From: Squalus acanthias
Lineage: Eukaryota
Direction of reading: 5' to 3'
Length of the DNA: 64,000 bases
Assembly (NCBI GenBank): GCA_030390025.1
Contig: CM059432.1
Coordinates: forward strand, 23,810,001-23,874,000
Shown here: positions 1-12,702 of the stretch, piece after piece
How the letters are laid out: every line of letters starts with the position of its first letter
Position numbering within the stretch: position 1 is the stretch's first letter
Notes under the pieces: generated by a model
Databases searched by the model: none
The model's input: only the letters and a program-made list of their open reading frames with translations
What the model was told of the DNA's origin: nothing
Program-made: the position numbers and the translations under genes

Positions 1-572
1 CAGGGCAATTTGGCACATTGGATCCAAAATTGGCTTAGTGGCAGGAGGCAGAGGGTGATGGTCGAAGGTTGTTTTTGTGACTGGAAGCCTGTGTCCAGTG
101 GTGTACCGCAGGGATCGGTGCTGGGTCCTTTGCTGTTTGTAGTGTACATTAATGATTTAGATATGAATGTAGGAGGTATGATCAGTAAGTTCGCAGATGA
201 CACGAAAATTGGTGGAGTGGTAAATAGCGAGGAGGGAAGCCTCAGGCTACAGGACGATATAGACGGGATGGTTAGATGGGCAGAACAGTGGCAAATGGAA
301 TTTAACCCTGAAAAGTGTGAGCTGATGCATTTTGGGAGGACTAACAAGGCAAGGGAATACACAATGAATGGTAGGACCCTAGGAAGTGTGGTAGAGGCAG
401 GAACCCTCACAACATTCAAGAAGCATTTAGATGAGCACTTGAAACGCCATAGCATACAAGGCTACGGACCAAGTGCTGGAAAATGGGATTAGAATAGACA
501 GGGCTTGATGGCCGGCGCGGACACAATGGGCCAAAGGGCCTCTTTCTGTGCTGTATAACTCTATGACTCTAT
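1..572 (+). mobile_element. CR1 LINE fragment (RT core joined to 3' end by an internal deletion)
   Basis: ORF 10..492 has GVPQGSVLGP and KFADD, then jumps to the C-terminal/3' region. CR1-type tail ending in ctctatgactctat. Confidence 0.85.
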
Positions 573-847
573 AACAGACCCACAGCACGCCTCACTTACC
601 CTGGTGGGGTTCCCCGACGTCAGGAAGCCCGCAGCAGAAGTCTAAAAATTGGAAAAAGCCTCTTAACAGGCAGTTAAGTGACTATAATCCTCTTCCCGCC
701 ACTAGGAGTCGGGTCCCTGCGCAAATCGGGGACCCGACTCCCGGGAAGATTGGTTGGAGGTGGGTTGGGAGCGGGTTTGAGACCCGCTCCCATTCTTTTT
801 GACTTTCCCAGCAGTCCCGCCTCCTCAGGGCTGGTAAAATCCAGCCC
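573..847. mobile_element. Partial GC-rich MITE (Harbinger-like terminus gtaaaatccagccc)
   Basis: One end resembles the GGG(C)..ATTTT termini of other MITEs in this window. The other end is hidden by the CR1. Confidence 0.4.
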
Positions 848-1051
848 CAAATGTTTTGAACAGCTTTACTAAACTCTCCTACTTTCAAAGATTTGTGTCT
901 GAGTCTCTCTGCTCCTTTATTCCTTTTAAAGTTTTACCATTTAATATACATGTCCTCTCCTTCCTCTTCCTCTCTAAAATGTATCACCTCACATTAGTAA
1001 CACTGTCAGTGTATGTGGTATGGCTGTAGGTTGCAGGGAAGTTGTTTGTAA

Positions 1052-1297
<246 letters not shown>

Positions 1298-1719
1298 TGA
1301 CTCGGGTTGCAGACTTCCAATATGGGGATTAATAGTAATGAAAAATTAAAAATACAATATTTCATTGAAATAAACAGCTCGAGAACCTTAAAGAGGAGAA
1401 GGCTTGTCGAGCTCATATTGAAACTGAGAGATTTCTGCATATGTTTATGTATCCATGACAATAAAAGGCTTTCAGGCCCATATGAACTCGCTCCTGTCCT
1501 TCGGCCAATTGTGCTCCACCATCTCCTGGAAGAGGTTAAAAAAAAACAGAGACCTGTAGCCAATTCAGGACTCGCCTGTCAAAAATTTCTCTCTGACCCC
1601 TCATGGATGATCAGAGAAACCTGATGAGGCCCCCAAACCCTTTAATGATTTTCCAAAATGATTTACTCTTACCTTCAATATGCTGTGATCACTTTGTTTT
1701 CCAGAAATTCATCTATCGC

Positions 1720-2385
1720 CACCTTGAAGGATTGTAAAGATGTGATTGCACTAGAGAGGGTACAGAGGAGATTTAGGAGGATGTTGCCAGGACTGGAGAA
1801 TTTTAGCTATGGGGAAAGGCTGGATAGGCTGAGGTTGTTTTCTTTGGAACAGAGGAGGCTGAGGGGAAACTTGATTGAGGTGTATAAAATTATGTGGGGC
1901 CTGGATAGAGTGGATAGGAAGGACCTATTTCAATTGGCAGAGAGGTTAAAACCAGGGGGTATAGATTTAAAGTAGCCATGATGTGGAGATGCCGGTGTTG
2001 GACTGGGGTGGACAAATTGGAGAAGTCGCACAACACCAGGTTATAGTTAGTATAGTAAAACTGTTGGACTATAACCTAGTGTTGTGCGACTTCTCACATA
2101 GATTTAAAGTAATTGGTAGAAGGATTAGAGTGGAGTTGAGGAGAACTTTTTTTACCCAGAGAGTGGTGGGGGTCTGGAACTCACTGCCTGAAAAGGTGTT
2201 GAAGGCAGAAACCCTCATCACATTTAAAAAGTACTTGGATATGCACTTGAAGTGCCTTAACCTACAAGGCTACGGACCAAGAGCTGGAAAGTGGGATTAG
2301 GCTGGATAGCTCTTTTTCGGCTGGCACAGACACAATGGGCCAAATGGCCTCCTTCTATGATGTAAATTTCTATGATTCTATTATT
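1720..2385 (+). mobile_element. CR1 LINE 3' fragment, interrupted at 1975-2097
   Basis: ALERVQRRF...LFSLEQRRLRG and FFTQRVV..WNSLP peptides, with a ttctatgattctat tail. Confidence 0.85.
1975..2097. mobile_element. Short fold-back insert of the Penelope-like family also seen at 27220-27725
   Basis: Flanked by the 14-bp direct repeat ATAGATTTAAAGTA (1961-1974 and 2098-2111). Internal inverted repeat of about 28 bp. Confidence 0.65.
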
Positions 2386-2579
2386 CTATAAGCAGTCTTC
2401 ACTACTACTGTAAAAGAAATTACATTTAAAGATCTGTTAACTGCTGGCTGCACAAATATCAGTTTCAACGAAATCTGGCTGTTTACCAACAGCAAGAGAA
2501 AGAGACCCGTTCAATTCTGAAAGGAAAACCTTACTAGAATGGAATATATAGGCTCCCATAATGCATCTGCAGGTCGAGG

Positions 2580-2910
2580 CAATATTGAGCTGAGCTGTAG
2601 AGACCAGAAAGTTGCCAGGGTCAAATCTCCTAGTCAGTAGTAAGTTAGCTGTTCTTGGCTACAATTACATTAGTTGCTCTGGGTTAGGGAGGGGAAATTA
2701 GGACCCAAACGCTCGCCAATATCTCTCCTGGAAGGTTTTCTGTGTGTACATCCGTTGAGGATAGGACTGGACTCCGCTGTGATGTTCACCATAGTTGAAT
2801 AGTTTGCCAACACACTCTGCCAATGCTTACACATGCCCTCTTGGGTAAATTGCCAGAGAGCGACTGGTGCCCATGGAGTGTACCCCAGCGAGCAGACAAG
2901 GGACCAAAAG
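2580..2910 (+). mobile_element. Old unclassified SINE-like repeat (related copies at about 3610-3910, 15380-15600, 27730-27960, 45990-46130/47230-47360 and 55810-56165)
   Basis: Shared degraded blocks: tRNA-like ggttcaa head, agttagctg..cttggc, gacagga..gg..tc.gctgtgatg, gggtgaggtac. Judged by eye only. Confidence 0.45.
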
Positions 2911-4544
2911 GTGAATGGAAAAATGAAGAAAAGAATTGGAAAGCATACCGTTAATGTAGTGGCAAGAACTATTTATGCTCTTTATCGAAAACATATAAAA
3001 TGTAGCAGTAGTTCTGGTAACTAGACCCTAATATAGTATCCCATCTCCATGGAAAATGGAAACATGGGCATTATTTGGAAAATGATTATCACCAGATAAA
3101 ACCCTTGCAAAATTGGGCAGCAAATGCACTTCACGCGAATGAAAGCCGAGATGCTATGTGGGCTTTCATCTTGCCGAGGCCACTGCCAGACTGTTATTAA
3201 TGGAAGGGTGAAGGTGACCTGAGAACACTTGGGCCTTCAGTACTACTTGTTGATTGACCCTTTTGAATCCGGTCTTTATCTCTTTTGCAATATAATCCTT
3301 TAACCAAAGATCTTGTAGTAACTGTGCTAACACATTCCATCCAAAGAAGTATTGCTTTTGTTAAAGGGAAATCTTTAGTATTGGCTGACATTGGCATAGC
3401 TTTCAACAGATTTATCAGCAACGTGGTGTGGGGATGTCATTCACGTCGCAGTTTTGTTTTGAATGACATTGTTGCTTTGCGAATATCATTGCATCACTTG
3501 CCAGGGATGTGCAGTGTCATATTAGTTAGCAGGGCGCTTTCCCTCTTTACAATGACAACCACCCGCCTCCCTCTCAAATGGCCCAAAGACACAGCTCCAC
3601 CTGTAACTGAGACAGAACAGAAAGGTCCCAGGTTCAATCCTGCTCTGTACTGAGTTTGTTCTTCTGGAGTGGGGCATTCATAAAGGAACTGGAGAAAATC
3701 AGCAAAAGCTCCATGTTGTGATCACTATCTAACTGGAGCATCTGGAGGAACACCCAGTGAGGGCAGAATGCGGCTTGGCTATGCTGTCGCTGCATCGTCT
3801 CATACCCTGTCAGCACTCGTGTCCAAAGTAGCATCTCAAAAATGGACACTTGGGTGAGGTACTGGGGGTGCCACTATCTGTTGAATCGTACCTTACACGG
3901 CACCTGTGGGAAAGGAGGGAGTTTCTTTTGTAAGTGCTTATATCTACTGATCCAGCTAATCGGTTGCACGACTGACTAAGACTCCTGCTCTGGAAACAGT
4001 AGCAACCTCACCCTACGCTGTTCCTCTCAAATCCTGCAGTTTCTTCATTAGGAGGAATAGGAAATGAGCAAGTCTGACTTCAATTAATTTCTTTTAAATT
4101 AGCCAAGTACCTATTAACTGGTGTGCTCTATATTAGTAATGCTCAACAAAATGTTAACTAATTTTGCCTGAGGCCAAGAATTTCATTATTTCAACAACTC
4201 CCGTGCATAATATGTAATCAGCTCTGCCATTAGTCCCCAGATTGCTGTAAGGATACATCCCAGCTGTGACTGCCTTCCAAATTCACCCATCTTCAGTATT
4301 CCCAGCACCTTCCCCGCATATTCCCAGTCAAGCCATTACTGTGGTATCTTTTGGTCAGGAGAAATAAAATGACAGGAGCTTATTAAGCAAATTTGCGATT
4401 AAAAGGTGGAAATGTGTAGCAAATGGATCAGCACCTGTAAGAGTTTAAAGAAAGTTAACATTTCAAGTGGGCCACTTCATCATAACTGGCACAATTAGGC
4501 TGGAGAAACTCCTTTTATAGGACTAGCAAGGGCAAATCAGGACA

Positions 4545-5602
4545 AACATAGAAACATAGAAGATAGGAGCAGGAGTAGGCCATTCGGCCCCTCGAGCCTG
4601 CTCCGCCATTTAATGAGATCATGGCTGATCATCCAAATTCAGTACCCTGTCCCTGCCTTCTCCCTTGATCCCTTTAGCCTTAAGAAATATATCTAACTCA
4701 TTCTTGAATATATTTAATGAATTGGCCTCAACTGCCTTCTGTGGTAGAGAATTCCACAGGTTCACCACTCTCTGAGTGAAGAAATTCCTCCTCATCTCAG
4801 TCCTAAATGGCTTACCCCTTATCCTTAGACTGTGACCCCTGGTTCTGGACTCCCCGCCATCGGGAACATCCTTCCTGCATCTAGTCTGTCTAGTCCTGTT
4901 AGAATTTTATAAGTTTCAATGAGATCCCCTCTCATTCTTCTAAACTCTAGCGAATACAAGCCCAATCGTCCCAATCTCTCTTCATACGTCATTCCTGCCA
5001 TCCCAGGTATCAGTCTGGTGAATCTTCGCTGCACTCCCTCCATGGCAAGAACATCCTTCCTCAGATAAGGCGACCAAAACTGCACACAATACTCAAGGTG
5101 TGGTCTCACCAAGGCCCTGTACAACTGCAGCAAGACATCCTTGCTCCTGTACTCGAATCCTCTCGCTATGAAGGTCAACATACCATTTGCCTTCTTAACC
5201 GCCTGCTGCACCTGCATGCTTACCTTCAACGACTGGTGCACAAGGACTCCCAGGTCTCGTTGAACTTCCCCTTTTCCCAATCTATTGCCGTTTAGATAAT
5301 AATTTGCCTTCCTGTTTTTGCCACCAAAGTGGATAACCTCACATTTATCCACATTATACTGCATCTGCCATGCATCTACCCACTCACCCAACTTGTCCAA
5401 ATCATACTGGAGTTTCTCGGCATCCTCCTCACAACACACACGCCCAGCCAGCTTTGTGTCGTCTGCAAACTTGGAGATATTACATCTAGTTCCCTCGTCT
5501 AGATCATTGATATATATTGTGAATAACTGGGGTCCTAGCACCGAGCCCTGCGGTACCCCACTAGTCACTGCCTGCCACTCAGAAAAAGACCCGTTTATTC
5601 CA
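4545..5602 (-). mobile_element. CR1 LINE 3' portion
   Basis: ORF 4825..5568 with GVPQGSVLGP, FADD and RPHLEYCVQFWSP. (TTCTATGT)n tail at about 4545-4560. Confidence 0.9.
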
Positions 5603-5683
5603 ACAAGAAAGCTAAGGGGAAGAACACTAGGTTATTCTCTCTCAGGGGTGATGGCACTACCACTGGATCAAGGAGAGACATCT

Positions 5684-7340
5684 AGGCCCCAATATTAACG
5701 AGGAAGTGGAAAGGGTGCGGGGGAATCTGGCAGCAGGTAAAGAACCAGGCAAGGCTGGTGACTTGGGAGGCCCTGCCGATCTTAACAGCAGAGATTCATT
5801 TAAATAAATCACTGCAGACTCCCGCCCTACAACTGGCCAGATTGACTGCCTGGCCGATGGGCGGGAGTGGAAATTAGCAGCAGGAGGCCACAGCCAGAGA
5901 CCCGTGGCAGTCAGTAGGAGGGGAAGGCCATGGGCCGCGATTGGGAAGGGTGAAGGGAGCTTGAAAGATCGGGGCTGCTGTCAGGAGGAATGTATAAAAT
6001 TCTTAGAGGGCTTAGGAACATAGGGATAGGAGTAGGCCATTCAGCCCCTCGAGCATATTCCACCTTTCAGTAAGATCATGGCTGATCTGTATCCTAACTC
6101 CATCCACTTGCCTTGGCTCCAGATCGCTTAATATCCTTGGTTATCAAAAATCTATCGATCTGATTTAAAATTATTGAGCTAGCATTTACTGCTTTTTGTG
6201 CGAGAGAGAGTTCCACACTTCTACCTTTGCGTGAAGAAGTGTTTCCTAACTTCTCTCCTGAATGTTCCCTTGTCCTAGACTCCCCCCACCAGCAGAATAT
6301 GTTTCTCTCTATCTACCCTATCAATTCCTTTCAAAATCCTAAAAATCTCAATCATCACACCTTAACCTTCTATATTCCAAGGTCTACAAGCCTAGTTTAT
6401 GTAATCTCTCCTCATAATTTACCCCTTGGAGCCCTGGTAACATTTTTGTGAATCTGCGCTGCACTCCTTCCAAGGCCAATCTATCCTTTCTAAGGTGTGG
6501 TGCCCAGAACTGTACACAGTACTCCAGATGTGGCCTAACCAGGGCTTTGTATAGCTGTAGCAAAACTTCCTCCCCTTTATATTCTAGCCCTTTTGTTATA
6601 AAGGCTGACATTCGATTAGCCTTTTTGATTATTTTTTGTACCTGACTATAACGTTTTAGTGATCTGTGTACATGAACCCCTAAAGCTCTTTTGACCTCTA
6701 CTGTTGCTAGTTTTTCACTATTTAAAAAATATTTGGATTTATCCTTTTTTGGTCAAAAATGGATGACCTCACACTTGGTGAAATCCATCTGCCACAGTTT
6801 TGCCCACTCACTTAATCTATCAATGTCTCTTTGTAATTTTATGCTCCCATCTACACTATTTACCATGCCACCAATCTTTGTGCCATTGACAAACTTGGAT
6901 ATCATAGAATAGTACAGCACGGAAGGAGGCCATTCAGCCCATCAAGTCTGCGCCAGCAATGTATGGCTCTCTGTTGTGGGGAGGAGGTGGTAAGCGTGAA
7001 AGATCAGGGCTGCAATGGCAGGTTGTTGGGCGGGGGCGCGCACAGGGGGAGCATGAAAGATTGGTGCTGGAGAGGCTGAAAACTTCTTTTGAGGCCTGGG
7101 GGGAGCACTCCTACTGCTGGCCCATAAGGAGCTTAAAAATAGGCAAAGTTTTAAAACTTAGCTGGGCCTCTCCTGGCGGGCAGCAGACAATGCAGGACTC
7201 CCCCTGTGGCGAGGTTAAAAATAAGTTGCGGCGCCGTTGGCATCATCGGACGGCGATTTTGCCTGCTTTTAGCGGGAGTCTCATCCAGTGCCTGAATCGC
7301 CGCCATAAATACACCCTCTCCCGCCTAAAGTCTAAATTTG
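5684..7340. mobile_element. Degraded GC-rich MITE-like element split by a CR1
   Basis: Starts ggccccaatattaac. Similar G-rich sequence resumes after the CR1 at about 6960. Confidence 0.35.
6016..6902 (-). mobile_element. CR1 LINE fragment
   Basis: RPHLEYCVQFWAPHLRKD peptide (ORF 6384..6611) and a CR1 3' tail at about 6016-6090. Confidence 0.85.
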
Positions 7341-7440
7341 TTGAAGGCTGTTCAGAAGGAAAATGAGGTACTGCTCTTCCCATTGGTTGATAATGCTGCC
7401 ATTGACAACCAAAGTTGCAGCCATCCAACCTTGACATGTA

Positions 7441-9205
7441 GGCCGCGATTTTGCCGGCGCTCAGAGGGCGGGTTTGGAGGCGGGTCGGCTGTCAGAAATG
7501 AAATGATTGACAGAGGGTTGGGAACCCGCTCCGAACCTGCCTCCATGTAAGTTTCCAAAGTGTCGGGTCTGCGATTTCAGAACAGACCCGACACCAAGCA
7601 GCGGGGGAGGCATTTAAGATGGTTAAATGCTTGTTAAACGCTTGTTAACTACTATTTTGCCAGCCTATTTCTATTTTCCCACTTTTTTAACGGGCTTCAT
7701 GTTGTTCGGAGATCACGTCAGGTAAGTATATCTCTCCCCATTGCTGTGAATAGGTGACCGCTGCAAAAGTGGTATGAAAGCTACCATTTCACAGCTGGTC
7801 ACTTTCCAATGTCAGAAGCTTGAGCCTTCAGGACTTGGAAGACACTTTTGAGCTGTATGCAGTTTGGAAGTGTTTGGAGTAAACTCTCTATCCACCGTCA
7901 CCTCCTTGCAGCAAACTCTCTCACCATTGACAGATCACTTCTATCATCTCAACTTCAGCTGCCATCTATTACAGCAACATCGGTGACCTTGAAAAACTCT
8001 CACCCGGGTCCTCTGAATCCCTCCACGATCAGCCCCAATACCAACATCACCAGACACACCAACATCACCAACAACAATACCAACCTTCTCTGCAATCACC
8101 TGATGCTGCACTGGACACAGGGCATCAGCACCCGACAACATTGCTGCCTGGGACGCCAGTGATGGCATCACCATGGCCAGATTTACTTCACTTGATGCTG
8201 TACAAACTGGCTGCCACATGATGCGCCAGGTTGACACCACCCCACACCAGCACCATAAAGCATCCTGACAATGTCCAAGCCATTCCTTTCACACCCATCA
8301 CAATTGGGGAGTGGGAGAAAGATATGTCTCAACATTCACGGGAACTCACTAAGACACTTCCAAAGGTGTGCACAGATCTGTCCAATAAGGTGAAGTGTTG
8401 AAAATATAGATTTCAATGTTTGACAACACATTAACAGAAACTTCACATGAACATTGGCTAAAACACCCAGGTGCCTACCCTTGTGTGTTGTTAGTTGGTA
8501 TACTTGCAGTAGGTTGAGGGTGAGTGTGAGGGGTGGCTAGTGAGGTGGGGAAGTGATAATGTAGAAAGAGAGGGATGGGTGCAAGTTAAGTTGATGTGAG
8601 TAAGGATGTGCAGGAGTAGGGTATGGAAGGCAGAGTGATGTGGATGTGATGAGTGGCACAGCAGGATGAGGTTGAGTGTGGCTTTGCAGTAACGTTTCGT
8701 GATCTACTGAGATCAGTAAAAGGTTTGCGCCACTGCAGCCTGGTCCTCCTGACGACATCCCTGCTTGCGCCCTCCTCTGCAATGTGCAACCAGGTTGCGT
8801 TGATCTCCTGGGGAGGTGTCTTCCGCCCATGGGAAGGGAAGAGAACCTCCCTGCGTGCTGTGACTCCCTCTATAAGCATATGGAGGGCGTCATGGGAGAG
8901 CCTGGGTGCAGCCATGCACCTTTGTGCAGTGCTTGCAGCACCTCAATGCTGCAGAATACTGACAGCAGAACTGTCAAGATCAATTTGGACATGGCCCCTT
9001 TAAGGAAACCAGCCAATGATGCGTCATCAAATGATGTCATCAGACCCGCTTCCTATTAATTGGCCGGGAACCTCGCTGGGTGGGCTTAACAAGCCCAATC
9101 AATGAAAGATCGACTGGAGAGTGTGGGCTGCAGTAGGCAGCGGGCTGGGACCGCGACACCGACCCCGGCCGCCCCAGACCTGCCTTGGTCTGCAAAATCG
9201 CAGCC
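7441..9205. mobile_element. PIF/Harbinger deletion derivative with a Myb/SANT-like ORF
   Basis: TIRs GGCCGCGATTTTGC / GCAAAATCGCAGCC (13/14 match) with the 3-bp TSD GTA on both sides. Internal minus-strand ORF 8586-8915. Confidence 0.82.
8586..8915 (-). pseudogene. Harbinger Myb/SANT-like (NAIF1/MSANTD-type) DNA-binding protein remnant
   Basis: APRLSHDALHMLIEGV..RREVLF....W..IAEE....RRT.LQ.RK.F.DL fits the trihelix Myb/SANT pattern. Confidence 0.75.
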
Positions 9206-9892
9206 GTAGGAACTGAGGACAATGGTAAAGAATCAAAAAATTATTAAAACAAAATCAGTGGAGAAATACAAAAAAGAAGATTCACCATTACTTTTGGTTT
9301 CTTCTTAAAAATTACATTTGCACTGTTCTAAAAAAAATCAGAATGGAGAAACCCTACTTCTGTCCTTTGATTTTTGCCTTATTTTTTGCTCCCACTATTC
9401 ACCTCTCCAGGTGCATTCCGCCAGCTCCCAACCAAGCCAAAAGTCAGGCCACTTATTTCCAGACCTCTGCCAATACATCTCTTGTATCAGACACACACAA
9501 ATGCTGACTGGTCTTGCTTTTTCAACTCTCACTGTGGTAAAGTGGATGGCTCCCTCTGTGATGCAGCCAAAATCAGCATTATTAAAGTTGTGCTGTGGGG
9601 AATTGGTACGTGAACTGGGGTTCTGAACTCTGAAGCACAGCACATTGAAGCTTCACATATTGTCAGAAATACGATGATTTCATTGGGGAAACTGGCTTGA
9701 TTGAGTTTTTTTTAAAGTTTGACAGTATTGTGTGTGCGTGGGGGTGGAGAAAGGCATACAGCCGTTGACCTAGGGGTTTAACAAACATTTTAAGTGCATG
9801 CATATCAGGACAGCTGTCAAACTCGAGCCCAGTACTCTACTGAAGTCATCACTACTTTTCAGACAAAACTGCTTTAAAAATAATCATCAGAA

Positions 9893-9924
<32 letters not shown>

Positions 9925-9925
9925 A
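9893..9925. repeat. (AT)n microsatellite
   Basis: Directly visible; abuts the 5' truncation point of the next CR1. Confidence 0.9.
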
Positions 9926-10848
9926 AGTGGGAAAGCAAATTGTGTGGAGGATGCAAAGAATCTCCAAAGGGATATAGATAGGCTAAGTGAGTGGACAAAA
10001 ATCTGGCAGTTGGAGTATAATGTGGGAAAATGCGAGGTTATCCACTTTGGTAGGAAAAATAAAAAAGCAAATTATTATTTAAATGGGGAGAGATTACAAA
10101 ATGCTGAGGTACAGAGGGATCTGGGGGTCCTTGTACATGAATCACAGAAAGTTAGCATGCAGGTACAGCAAGTAATTAGGAAGGCAAATGGAATGTTGGC
10201 CTTTATTGCAAAGGGAATGGAATATAAAAGTAAGGAAGTCCTGTTACAACTGTACAGGGCGTTGGTGAGACCACACCTGGAGTACTGCGTACAGTTTTGG
10301 TCTCCTTATTTAAGGAAGGATATACAGTACTTGCATTGGAGGCAGTTCAGAGAAGGTTCACGAGGTTGATTCCGGAGACGAAGGGGTTGTCTTATGAAGA
10401 AAGGTTGAGCAGGTTGGGCCTATACTTATTGGAGTTTAGAAGAATGAGAGGGGATCTTATTGAAACATATAAGCTTCTGAAGGGGCTTGACAGGGTAGAT
10501 GAGAGAGGATGTTTCCCCTCGTGGGGGAATCTAGAACTAGGGGGCATAATTTCAGAATAAGGGGGCACCCATTTAAAATGGAAATGAGGAGGAATTTCTT
10601 CTCTCAGAGGGTCGTGAATCTTTGGAATTCTCTTCCCCAGAGTGCTGTGGAGGCTGGGTCATTGAATATATTTAAGGTGGAGAGAGACAGATTTTTGAAC
10701 GATAAGGGAGTCAAGGGTTATGGGGAGTGGGCAGGGAAGTGAAGTTGAGGCCAAGATCAGATCAGCCGTGATCTTATTGAATGGCGGAGCAGGCTCGAGG
10801 GGCCAAATGACCTACTCCTGCTCCTACTTCTTATGTTCTTATGTTCTA
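9926..10848 (+). mobile_element. CR1 LINE 3' portion with frameshifts
   Basis: Overlapping ORFs 9944-10742 encode the CR1 ORF2 C-terminus. Tail cttcttatgttcttatgttct. Confidence 0.9.
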
Positions 10849-10851
10849 TAA

Positions 10852-11231
10852 TTAAACCCTGAAGGAATGAAACTCCACACTTGTAATGGTTAATTCTCAG
10901 TGCCAGAGAGATTGACTGGCAGTAGTTAACACTTACCATGTCATTAAAAGGGTACTTAGACTTGAAATGACTTAACTTTCTCTGGTGAGTTTAGTTCGTA
11001 TCTACCGTGCAAATACAGCAACTTCACGCTAGTCAATGCATTTCAATGGTGAGGCAGATAGTGAGATGCCGTTTTCACTAAGCTAATGGCGAGCGTCGCA
11101 ACTCGGATAGCAACTTTTGGATTTTTGAGTTGATCCACGCGTCCGCCCCTCGCCTGAAGTTGCTGTAGCATTTGTGCATAAATAACGGCGGCCATTAGTC
11201 TCACTGCTATTTTGACAGCAAAATCTGGGTC
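10852..11231. mobile_element. Partial MITE ending gacagcaaaatctgggtc
   Basis: Terminus resembles the other Harbinger-type ends and abuts the ATT TSD of the next element. Confidence 0.45.
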
Positions 11232-11384
11232 ATTGGGGGCGATTTTCTTACTGGAGGCGAGATGGAGGCGGGTTTCGGTTTCGGTGGGTTTGAAACCCGC
11301 CTCCACTGATCGGTTTCAAAAATTTGCGATTTTCCCATGATTGGCCACTTGATTTCAGAGGTGTGGGATGCCCATGGTCAATTA

Positions 11385-12066
11385 GGGGGCTAAATTCGGT
11401 TGATTTGCACCTCCTTAGGGCGCTAACGGGGCACAAATCAACTAGCGCCTGGGCGCGGCGCCGCTAACGCCTCCCGCGAAATTCAGCGGGAGGTTATCGG
11501 TGGCGCTAGCCCCGCCGGCGTTATCATCACCGTGCGCAGCGCCCCGCTCACGCCCCGGCTGTAATATTGGGTGGCGCCCTCCGACTTACCGCCGGACGCT
11601 ATGTCCGCCGGGGCCAGGGGGGCTTACCTGCAGCCAGGGCGGCGCTAGTTAAAGGGGAGGTGGCGGCCGGCCATTTTTTTGCTGGCCGCCTGCCTGCACC
11701 TGCCCCCGTTGCTGTCCTCGGCCCCCATGAAGCCCTCCCATGGGGTGCCGGCTGCTCTCCGTGAGCCTGGCACTCCTCTTGATTGCCGGGCTCGTTTGAC
11801 GGCACTCCTGATCCCTGGTGGCCCAGTTGGGCGCCGGGACGCGCTGCACCAGGCCCCTCCCCTTTAATAAGGGGAAGAAGGCCCGCAGTACCGCGGCACA
11901 TAGCGCTGCGATATTGGCTCACAGCACCGCAAGAGGGACATGGGGCGCTTCCAGTAGCGCCCCTCCTCCCTTTCGGGGCGCTCCCTGGGAAAATCGGCCG
12001 CGGAGGCACTAATTTTTTCGGGGCGCTAAAATTAGCGCCCCGGCAAAGGTAGCACCCCCCCACCCC
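11385..12066. mobile_element. GC-rich MITE nested in the Harbinger element (same family as 60065-60741)
   Basis: Long similarity to 60065-60741 (e.g. aacgcctcccgcgaaattcagcgggaggtta). TTA flanks both ends. Confidence 0.7.
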
Positions 12067-12197
12067 TTAGTGTTTTGGGACTCGCCTCTGCTGACATCAC
12101 TTTTCCAGTCTGATTTTATGGCTTCTTGCTGCCTTGGCTCATTCCACTGGATTTCTGCCTATGCTGCACCACCTGCAACATATTCTGAGAAACCACT

Positions 12198-12400
12198 ATG
12201 TCCAATTCCAAGGTAAGGGCCTCCCCGAGGCTCTCGGATGAGGCGCTGCAAATGTTGTTTGAGGGGGTGACATCTAGCAGGGAGGTGCTCTTCCACTCAT
12301 CTGGGAGGAAGAGGCCTCCCAAAGAAACCAAGGCTGTGTGGGTACATCTGGCAAGGGATATAACCTCCAGATCTGTGTGCAGATTGGGAGAATGTTTCTG
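12198..12400 (+). pseudogene. Harbinger Myb/SANT-like gene 5' remnant
   Basis: RASPRLSDEALQMLFEGV..SREVLF..SGRKRPP....W is clearly homologous to 8586-8915. Confidence 0.75.
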
Positions 12401-12702
12401 TGTATTGATGAAATGCCCTCCCTGTTGGAAAGCATTAAAATGATTTGATGCCAAAATGTTGGCGTTATGACATCTGTTCTTTCGCCTTAGGCAGCTCCAC
12501 ATTGCGGGCTCCGCCACACTTGCGTTGTCAGGTTGGTGGCCTGAGTGAAAGGAGGCCAAAGAGTCATGCCCATTGTCAATGATGTCTTAGGATGGAGCCA
12601 AGGACATGTGCCAACTTGGGCAACCTATGCAAATCTGGCCATGATAATTTAATCCCTTGCATCCAGGGCAGCCATGTGCTCGCGTGATGCCGCTGTTGCT
12701 GG

